From positions 170,395 to 234,394 of the forward strand of contig NW_005201092.1 in assembly GCF_000372725.1 (NCBI RefSeq): a DNA stretch of 64,000 nucleotides, written 5' to 3'. Below are positions 10,025 through 19,991 of the stretch, in pieces. A program made the translations under genes and the position numbers. The notes below the pieces were generated by a model. The model saw only the letters and a program-made list of their open reading frames with translations, was not told the origin of the DNA and did no database searches. This stretch comes from Emiliania huxleyi CCMP1516 (taxonomy: Eukaryota). How positions within the stretch are numbered: the first letter of the stretch is position 1; the number at the start of each line of letters is the position of its first letter.

Positions 10025-13000
10025 TCACTCGTCCAGAGAGCCGCTGAGCGACTCGACTGCAACGGCCGAGCTCACCGCGTAGCTCGCGCGCTGCCGGGCG
10101 AGCATGCGGCGCATCTCGGCGTGGTTGTCGGCAAACTCTGCGTTGGCGCCTAGAACGAGAAGGCAGGCGAACTTGCTTTGCACAGCGACTCGGAAAAGAA
10201 AACGCGAATGGGCGCGGCGGCGCCAGTCAGTTGGTCCTGCGTCCACGCCCCCTTCAGGCCGCGCCGGTCGAGCGCCGCCTCAAGCTGCGCCTTGACGCTC
10301 TCGATGTCGCCACCGCTAGCCGGCTCGCCCTGCTTCAGCTGCTTTGCGTGGCTCGGCCCAACCGGCGGTCCCGAGACGCGCAAGTGGTTCGGGAGGAGGG
10401 GGAGCAGCGCCTAGCGCATGAAACAGCGGCTTGCGTGCGCTATCAGTGCATTCTTCAGTGCCTGCTCGAGCGCTAAATGAAATGCAGGGTCCATATTGAG
10501 CGTCTATGGGGCGACGCCGTCAGCCGATCCATCCGATTCCTCGGCGAGACGGTGGCGTCGAACTGGACGCCGATGCAGAAGCGGTACACGCCGTTCGAGT
10601 CGTGTACCGGCCGCAGGCTTAGCAGGTTGACGAAGGAGGAGCCGTCCTTGCGGTAGTTGGTGATGCGGACGAAGCAGTCCACGCCTCTGCGAAGGGTGTC
10701 CTGGATGTGCGCCACCGCCGCGGGCTCGGTCCTCGGCCCCTGCAGGAAGCGGCAGTTGAGGCCGGCCACCTCCTCGCGCGAGTAGCCGGTCACCTTGCAA
10801 AACTGCCGGTTCACGTACACCATCGGGTTGCCCGCCATGGCCATATCGCTGATGACGATGCAAGCCGGAAAGTACTCCGCCACCGAGCAAAACGTGAGCA
10901 AAAAGCCGCCGCAGTCGGCGGGAAGGGTGTAGTCCTCCCAGAGGAGCTGCCTCGCCGCGTCGGCCCAGGCGGCGCGCTCCGCCCCGCCCGCCCCGACCGC
11001 CCCGCCCGCCCCGACCGCCCCGCCAAACGGCTCGCCGAGCAGCGACCGAATGAGGGCGGCGCTGTGCTCGTTGCTCTGCACGAGGCCGGGCAGCACCTCG
11101 GCGGCGAGGATCGAGGCGGCAAGCTCGGCGTGCTTCTTCAACTGCTTCAAGAGGGCGCGGCCTTGCAGCGGCTCGCTCGCGCCGCTAGCGCGGCTGTAAA
11201 AATCGCACGCGCGTGCCTCCGCCGCCTTGCGTCCGATGTCGCGCTCGAAGCGCGCCGCCTCGAAACAGCTCTTCACGAGGTCGCGATGGCTGCCGAGGCT
11301 CGCGGTGCGCTTCGAGCCGCGCGCGTACCGCTCGACCGCCTCGATGATGGAGGCGGCATGCGCCTCCGAGTCGAGCGCGTAGCTCACCAGGCACGCAATA
11401 CACGCCTCGGTGTCCAGCGACCAGAGCCGTTGCGTAAAGGCTACCACAGGCTCAAGCCACTCCCGCACCTGCTCTGGTGCCTCCTCCCGAGTGAGCGAGG
11501 GCGGCGGCGGCGGCGCCCGCTGCAGGCTCGCGTCAAAGGTGCGCGGCAGCAGCTCTCGCAGCCGCCTCGCCAGCGCACCGAGATGCGACTCGTGCTGGTC
11601 TTTGCGGAGGAGCACGCCGACCACGTACGAGTACTTGCCAGCTGAGTCATGCACCGGGTGGAGTGTGAGCACGTTGGAAAACTCGTCGCCGCCCTTGGTG
11701 TAGTTTGTCACGACGATGGGCGGCATGGTTGTGCCGGCGCGCAGGTGTTTGACCATCAGCCGTACGGCCGGCCGCTCCGTCCCTTTTCCCTGCAAGAAAC
11801 GGCACGATCTACCTGCGGCGTCGGCCTGACTGTATCCGGTCAATGCTTCAAAGGCGCTGTTGACCCACGCGATGGGAAGGCCCGGGTCAGTGGTCACGCA
11901 GAGGGTCGCCACCGGCAGCGGAGCGAGCAGGTCGCGCAGCATCTCGTGCCAAGGCCGCCCCGGCTCGTAGGAACCGCCGAGCTGCTCCGCCAGCGTGTCG
12001 AGCTGCTCGCACCACATCTCAGCGGCCGCTGCCGGTGCGGGGGCTTGCGCCGGGGCCGCACGCCGCCCCGCCTTCTCCTTCTTGGCCGGCGCAGCCCGCG
12101 CAACAGCATCGCTTCGCTTCGTCCACTCCATCGGCGGTGTCCTGGGACCGCCCCTCGCCCTCGGCGTCCGCGGCGTCGAGCCCCGCCCCCCGCTGGAGCG
12201 GCCCCCATTGGAGCCACGTCCGCCACTGGCAGCGCGCCCGCCGCGGCCTCGTCCGCGGCCCGCGAAGGAGGCCGCAGCGCGAGCGGAGCGGGGCGACGCT
12301 GGGAGCGACGTGGGGGAGGCTGGAGCGCGAACGGAGCTGGGGGACGCTTCGAGGGACATGGAGGAGGCGGCACTGGCCAGCGAGCCGGTGGAGAGCTCGA
12401 CTGGTGAGTCCGACAGACGCCTGTCCTCCGACGCCCCCTCTTGACGCACGTCAACGGCCCCTGGCGCCGCGCCTGCAGCCACTCCGCCCCGTGCCGCCGC
12501 CAGCGCCGCCTCCGAAGACGTGTGCGCCAACCTCGACTTGACCGACCCAATTAGCACCTCTACCTGGCTGCTCAGGCGGTCAATAAGGCCCCGCTGCCTC
12601 TCCGCCTCGCTCCGCTGCTCCAGTCGCTGCGCTAGTCCCCTCTTCACCGCAGAGATCTCGCTCCGCAACGCCTCGACCGTCTGCTGCCGCTTCAGCCGCT
12701 TCGCCGCTCCCACGGCGCCCTCCCCGTCGCCTGACGTCAGCCGCACGGAGCCCGAAAGACGCGGACTGCCAGGTGGCTGCCCACCAGCCGAGATCTGGGG
12801 TAGGCCGGACGCCGCAGCCGCGTTTGGAAGGTCGGCCATCGCGTCGAGCATTGCGCGTTGCTGCGAGACGATTGCACTCACTGCAGCGACCGCCAGCTGC
12901 AATGCACCGCCGGGGGAGCCGGGCCCGGAGGCGTGTGCGAACGAGGCTCGTGGCGCTAGCTCTTTCTCGCCGCCCAGCCGCCGCTCAGAGGTGAGGGAGC

Positions 13001-13907
13001 GAGGAAAGATGCCCTGGGCAGAGCCGCTGGGCGTCGAGAGGGGCCGCCTCCGAGGTGAGCCCACAGGCTCCAAGTACGGCGATAGGGCAGTGGCCGCCAA
13101 TCGCGCAGCTATCGACGAAGACCGCGGGGAGAGCGGACCAAGTGCAGCGTCGGCGTCGCCCGTGGCCCTAGGCAGCGCGGACTGAGCGCGTCGGAGGTGG
13201 GTTGGGTCGGCGGCCGCGTGTGCCCCCGACGGCGGTCGCAGGGGGCCGTCGGCTGTTAACCGCGGCAGGCTGGCCGTCTCGGCGTCCAAGGAAGGCGTTG
13301 CCGCCGTTAGCCCGGTGGAGTAACGTTTCGAGAGCTGCTCGTCGGCCTCCTCCCGGACATGTCCCAGAGCCGTCCCGTTCACTAGCCTAGCGCTGTGCGG
13401 GGCAGCAGCAGCAGCGGAGGCGGAGGCAGCGGCAACGACAAGATCGCCGCAGCCTCGGCAAGGGTCAGTGCTGTCGGCGACGTCGACACTGCTGGCCGTG
13501 GCACCAGCGTCGGTAGCGACACCAGCGTCGGCAGCCTCGGAGCTATCCTCGGGGCCAGCATCGGCACCACGCATGCTCTTCAGCGCCCTCAGCTCGGAGC
13601 GGAGCCCCTGCAGGATCTCAGCCTCCTCGTGTTCGGCTTCAGCTGCCCGCGACTGCATCGCAAACGCATCTAGCGCGTCGGTTGACGACACGTGAGGCGC
13701 GCTTAGGGGGGAGACGGCTTGAAGGCACGTCCCTGGACCCTCGGGAGTCGTCAGTGCCAATGCTGCAGCCTCGGTTGGCGTCTCCAGGCGCGACGACTCG
13801 GGTGACGGAGGTTCGCGGTCCAGGCACTGGAGCAGTCCTCGCTCGCCCTTTTTGCTCGCGCCAGACCAGGGCGCGTTCGTGGAAAACGATTGATAGCGCA
13901 AGGCCAT
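10025..13907 (-). CDS. LOV-domain blue-light receptor: long low-complexity N-terminus, LOV, RGS-like linker, LOV
   Basis: Two PAS/LOV domains: WVNSAFEALTGYS..GRSCRFLQG..NYTKGGDEFSN and YVNRQFCKVTGYS..GLNCRFLQG..NYRKDGSSFVN..FCIGVQ. The 3' end continues through probable exons (ALLPLLPNHLRVSG, about 10410; ANAEFADNHAEM, about 10150); the exact stop is uncertain. Confidence 0.88.
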
Positions 13908-14125
13908 GGGGCCGGCAAATCCGCCGTCGCCCCGGCGTGCCGGCCGTTTCACTTACACTTTCACGGTCATTCACAGCAGGCTCAGTGCGGCCTGCCACCG
14001 GTACCGCCTGGTATCCATTCACTGGTCATGTACTCTACGCCCGGGTACATCAGCATGCGGCCTAGGTGCTAGGAGCGTGTGCCCCCCAAACACATCGTAT
14101 GTCGCGCTCCAGGCATGTACGTTTC

Positions 14126-17100
14126 TCACACGCGGGAGGCGGGTGGCGCGGACGACGCCCTGTGCGACGGGAGCGACAGCCGCATCGACGACATCGAGGG
14201 CAGCTTGAAGGACGGCCGCGACCGGTGGCTCTCCGGGTGCACAGAAGACGGCCTCGCCGCTCGTCTCCGACTCGGCCGCGCCTCGGAGGAGGAGGCGTGC
14301 ATCGCCTGGTAGAGCATCGCGCAGGAGGCGTGCACGTGCGGCGCGGAGGGGTACCAGGCGACCGCGACGGGCTTGTACAGGCCGGCGTTGACCTAGTCGC
14401 AACCACGCCACACCCTCACGCCACACCGCGCGAGCCACGCCGCCGCCGCCTCCCTGCGCGAGCCAAGTCGCGCGGCGTCACGACGAAGAAGCGCTCGAAG
14501 CGGCACCCATGTGTGCTGCCCGGCAGGTCGGGCACATGCACACTGACGATCGGAAGGCCCAGGTGGAAGGCTGCGCGCACCTGCGAGGGGCCGGGGGAAG
14601 GGAGAGGTCGAGCTCGGTCAAGCTCGGTCGGCCTCCCGTCGATCTCGGTCGATCTCGGTCGATCTCGGTCGCACCTCGCGCGCGAGCTGCTCTCCGCACG
14701 GTCCGACGAACGAGTGCACGTTGAGCACGAGCAGCATGCGGGTGGGCGCCGCCTCGGCCGCCTGCGACTGCTCCGTCAGCAGCGTGTCTGCGATGCCGTC
14801 GCCGTCCGTGTCGACGGGGACGGCCCCCACGCTGCTGACCGAAGTGCTCGCCTCGGCCTCGCCGCCGCCGTCCTCGCCGCCAGCCTCGCCCGCGCCGAGG
14901 TTGTTGAGCGAGGTGAGCGCGTCCGGGTGCTCGCGATACGGCGCCTCCGCAGGCGGCCTCCCGGCCCCGCGAAAGTGGCTCGGCGGCGGCGGCGGCACCT
15001 CTGCCGAGTGCTCCGGCCCGACGGACACGTTGCGCGTGGACACGTTGCGCGTGATGAGGCTCCACTGGCGGGTGGCCTCCGAGTTCTTGGCTGAGCTCCT
15101 GTGCCTCGCGAGGAGCTGCCGCTGCGACACCCTGCGGCTCTCGCGCCACCGGCTCGTGATCTCGAGGCCCCTCCTGCCGCCCACGCGGCACTCGGCGGCC
15201 AGCAGCCCGCTCCGCTGCAGCTGCAGCGCAACCTCGAGTGCGCCCGGGTTGGACGGCGAGACGAAGAGCACCTCACGCTGCGAGAAACTCCACTCCAGCT
15301 GGCTGGGCACATGCCCCGGCATCGACAGCTCCAGGCCGGTGTGTGTGATCGCAAAGCGCCGCCGGCGCGCCCCTCGCGCGCCCCAGCCTTGCACCCCCGC
15401 GACGCTCCGCCGGTCCTCCAGCCCCTCTGACGCCGTCTGCCTCTCGCGAGGCGCGAGCGGGCCACCCGGTTGACCCTCGCTGTCGAGCGATCTCACCGGC
15501 TCCTGGAGGCGCCTCGACGCACGCACGTCGGAGGTCGCCGGGTCAGGTCGAGGATCAGGCGCCGCGAGGGACCCCCGGCCCAGCCCGTGCTCGAGGGCTT
15601 CGACGTAGGCGCCGTAGCGCGGCGAGGCGACGAGCATCTCCTCGAGGATCATCCGCAGCGACTCCACCTGCAGCGCCTCGACGCGCGGCCACGGAACGAT
15701 GATCGCACCGCCGCCCTCGGACAGGGGCAGAGTCGAGGTCGAGGTAGAGGTAGAGGTGCCGGCCTCGGTGCCCCCGTCCAGTGCGCTGTCGCAACCGCCG
15801 CCGCCGCCGCCGCCGTCGCCGCCGTCGCTGCCGTCGCCGGCGCCGATGCCGTCGGCCTGGTCGCCGTGAGCATCGCTGCCGCCCTCCATCTCCTTCTCCT
15901 CGAGCAGAGGCTCGCCACGGGGGCGGAAGATGAGGCGCACGAGGTCTGCGGGGCACTCTGCGATCAGCTCCGCCAGCGGCCCGCCGCCCTTCGTCGTGTC
16001 CGCCTCGTGGACAATGATGAGCGGCTTGTTCGCCTGCACCGCACCACTCACGGTACTGAACCCATGGACTCGAGACTCTGGAGGTGTGGTACGACTTGGC
16101 GCGTTGGCCTGCACCGCCGCGCGCGCCTCGCGCAAGCACGCCGGGCTCAGAAAGTAGCCTCGCGTGAGGAAGATGAGCACGCACGCCGACGACGCGACGT
16201 ACCTGCGCGAGATTGAGGGAGAGGTCGCGGGAGATTGCGGGAGATTGTGAGAGCTCACGCAGACGACGCGGCGTACCCCTCCAGCGCGTCCGTGTCCTGC
16301 AAGTCGTCAACGTCGCGGAAGATCTTGGGCGCGCTGCGCTGGCGAGCCTCCGCGGTGCGGCCGCGGCCTGGCATGAGAGCGAGCAGGCGGCGCTTCATCA
16401 GCGCGACCTGGTCCTGCCCCGTCGCCCAGGTGTGCGAGAGGAAGAGGTGGTACTGTAGACCCTCCGCGAGGGAGAGCTCTGGGGCGCCGCCGCTGCCGCG
16501 CAGCAGCACGGCCTAGACACGTCCTAGGCACGTCCTAGACACTCCCTAGACGCTTCCTAGAGAGCTGCCGCGCAGCAGCACGGCCTGCTTGGCCTTGCGC
16601 CGCGCCTTGGCGTACTTGTGACAGAGCGTCGCCGCGAGCAGCGCGAGGAGGGCGACGACGCCGGAGGTGCACGAGATGATGAGGATGTTGACGAGCGCGC
16701 GGCGGCTCATCCCGCGCTCGCAGCCCGCGCCGAACGAGCCTAGTAGTACCGGACCTCCAGAGTCTCAAGTCCAGTGTGGGTTCAGCTCCGTGGGTGGTGG
16801 GGTATCACGTGCCGAACTCGCAATCGCACTCGCCGACTCTCTCGCCCGTGTCGACAGTCCGCGGCACGCAGTCGCCGCGGTCGGAGCAGCCGTCGCCTAG
16901 GAAGTGTGCGGGGAGTGTCTAGGAGGTGTCTAGGAAGTGTCGCCCGGGCAGAGGCCGCAGCGGCCCCAGTCTAGGAAGTGTCTATAGGAAGCGTCTAGGA
17001 AGTGTCGCCCGGGCAGAGGCGGCAGCGGCCCCAGTCTAGGAAGTGTCTATAGGAAGCGTCTAGGAAGTGTCGCCCGGGCAGAGGCGGCAGCGGCCCCAGT

Positions 17101-18801
17101 CGCGCCCATTCTTGAGCGGCTCGCACCACACGCGCGTGCGACCCGAGCCGCCGCCCCGCTTGTCGCATTGCTCCGCGTAGACGCCGCTGCCCGCGTCGGG
17201 GTCGCACGTGCTGCCGAAGGGGGGGGGGGGGGGGCTTGCCTTGTGTGGTCCGTGTGTCGCTCACTGTGACCGCACACGCTGCGCACACGTGTCCCCCGTG
17301 TCGTCGGTCTGAGAGTGCGCCGCCTCCGTCCGCACTGACTCACGTATGACATAGTGCAAGAGCCCGGTGCGCACCAGGGGGGTGGTGTGTGTGTGGTGTG
17401 TTGGGGGGGGGGGGGGGAGCAGCACCTGCCGAGCAGGGCGGGGTCATGCGCGACTCCGTCCGCGTCGTACCGCAGCCAGCTCGGGTCGTCGCACAAGTCC
17501 CGCATCGCGTCGGCCGGTTGGCGCTCGTCCGTGGTGAAGCCTATGCGGAGATGTGGGGAGATGTAGGGGGAGATGTGGGGAGATGTTCGGACGCTCGTCT
17601 GTGGTGAAGCCCTGCGGGTGGTTGCGGATCGCGAGGAGCGCCGCCTCCGTGTTTGAGGGGATGATGCCCTTGGAGCCCGGCTCGACCAGCACGACGACGT
17701 ACCTGTCCACACCCCACAGCTGTGAACAGCGTCTCTTCACAGCAGCGGCTCGACCAGCACGACGACGTACCTGTCCACACCCCACAGCTGTGAACAGCTT
17801 CACAGCAGCGGCTCGACCAGCACGACGACGTACTCGTCCGAGAGTCCGTAGCCGAGCCCCTCCAGCGCGTCGTTCACCGTGGCGCTGACGACAAAGTCCG
17901 TCGCGAGCCCCATCACGAACAGGCGCGTGATGCTGCTCTGCTGCAGGTGCTCGCCGAGCGTCACCTATGGGACATGTCAGGGAAGTGTCGTGGACATGTC
18001 CAGGACAGGTCTGCTGCAGGTGCTCGCCGAGCGTCACGTTCACGGTCGCCGCCGTTGACGTTGACTGGTGGTCGTGCTCGCCTGGCGACACGTCTCGGAC
18101 ATGTCATGGACGCCCAGACATGTCGGGCGGAAGTGATCGTGCTCGCCGGCGGCGGCGGTGGACGTGACGGCGGCAGAGCTGAACCCAGAGTAGCTGTCCC
18201 TGCGAGATCCGGTGCCGAGCTTGACGACGGTCGTATCGTTTGGGAGGTTGAGGTACGGGTCGAAGCGGGCGCCAAAGGTGCCCGCGACGCAGTGCGAGGG
18301 CCACTGGTAGTAGGCCGTCGGATTCGACCTGAAGAAGGACTCCTCGGAGATGGCGTCGACGCAGCGGCTGTCGGGCACCGGGAGAGAGCCGAAGGCGCTG
18401 AGGCAGTACGAGCCGGGAAGGATGCCGCCCTCGTGCGTCTTGCAAAAGGAGCAGTGGTACTCGGGGTGGTAATCCATCGTCGCTAGCGTCCGGCCTCCCG
18501 CCGCGGCGTCGACCCAGTCGTTGAGCACGGGGATGATGAGCGACGAGCCCGCGACCTTCAGCGACCCAGCTGTGAGGGTGTCGCCGATGCGCCGCGCGTC
18601 ATAGTGGCTGAAATTGCTCTGGCCCGTGGCGCCCGGGTTGACGTCGGCGCCATCGAGCGGATACGCCGCCTCCACCGAACCGTTCACGGTGCGGTTCTCC
18701 ATAAAACAGTTTTGCGGATCGACCAAGAGGATCGCGTCGCGAGGGCCGAAAACCTGACACTGGCGCGAGGCCGAGAGGGCCGCGCTATATAGGCCGAGCA
18801 T
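14126..18801 (-). CDS. Single-pass receptor: nicotinamidase/isochorismatase-fold ectodomain, EGF-like, TM, TIR, TIR-like (spliced)
   Basis: Exons join in frame: AILLVDPQNCF..TMDYHP..WPSHCVAGTFGA..VVKLGTGSRRDSYSGF..LFVMGLATDFVV (PncA fold); CPGDGCSDRGDC..CDCEFGSFGAGC (EGF); ALVNILIISCTSGVVALLALLAATLC then HKYAKARRK (TM, positive-inside); YHLFLSHTWATGQD..IFRDVDDL..VLIFLTRGYFLSPACLRE..KPLIIVHE (TIR); MLLVLNVHSF..LAREVRAAFHLGLPIV..FERFFVVTPRDL (second TIR-like). Confidence 0.82.
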
Positions 18802-18999
18802 ATCTGCCGCAGAAGCGTCAGCAGCGAAAGCGCCGGCACCCCAGCGTAGAGGGCGTCGTGTAGCCTCCTGTTGGTATGCCAAAAGCGCGCGCCGGCGCTG
18901 GAGAGGGGAGCGGTGAGATTCGCGCGGACGGTGCGTGGGTAACGCAACAAACGTCCGTAGGATTTCTTTTTGTGAGGGCTGATTCTTTTGCCCGCGTCC

Positions 19000-19250
19000 A
19001 TCCATACGTGGTGTGGACCCTGAGTTGAACAGGGGTTGTGCGCCAAGCCCTCCTGCTCGGCTCCAGCGAGTAGACAAGTGTTACCATCAACAGAGGAGAA
19101 GGATCTGACCTCAGGGCTGATGTGACCAAGCGAGCGCTGGTAGCGTGGTTTTACCTCACACCCATGGTCTCACAGTGTGCCGGCAGTCGCCGCGCAGTGT
19201 CGCTCACACAAGCCGCAGCACAACTGACTGAGGGCCAGTGAGGGCGAGCC
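19000..19250. repeat. Dispersed repeat; inverted, diverged copy at about 26143-26376
   Basis: For example, CCCATGGTCTCACAGTGTGCCGGCAGTCGCCG at about 19161 is the reverse complement of about 26198-26229; similarity spans roughly 240 bp with mismatches and indels. Confidence 0.88.
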
Positions 19251-19991
19251 CATCGCTGTCTGTGACAGCCGGCACGCCCTCCGCGAACCCACTCCCTTGC
19301 CACGACCCGGGTGAGCTACTCCATGTAGATGAGGCGTGGATGGACTAGAACCTGGCGGCTGCTTACTCAGACACTCGATAGTGAGAGGGTCTGGGAAGGG
19401 AGGGGCAGGTTGCGCTCACCCGCGTGCACTGGGCGTGCACTTTGTTCTTGGACGGGGCTCCTGCCTGTTGACGACGACGACGGGCCGACATTGGTTCTGC
19501 CTGTTTGGGTCACCCGCAGGAGTTGCGAGGGGCGCCCCCTGGCCTACCACTTGTAAGGTGCTCGTCTACCCACGTCCACGTAGAGCTCTAGTTGATCCCA
19601 ACAGTCGACCGATGTTTTCTATTCATGAGAGAGTTGTGTTTGTTAGGGGTCCCGTACCATGCGGAATCGACCCTATCCAGTGCTCAAGTGCTCAAGTTCT
19701 TGAAAATTCAATTCTTGGAGCACTTGGAGCACTTGGAGTGCAGTTGGCAGCCTCACATCCAGGGCCGGGGAGCTGAGAAGCGCACCCAGCGGGCCGGATG
19801 ATCGGGATCGGGTTACGGGCAAGAGAGCCCTAGCCCCGGGGGTGCGCGTTCGCAAGGCAATTCATGGATCCGTTTTCATCGATTCGTCATCTACGGACGT
19901 CTCCCGTCGCAGGTCAGAGGCACATTGCCACTGGCTGCGCGACTGTCCACGCGAACGCAGTTTATCATCCACACGAACGGTACACACTGAC

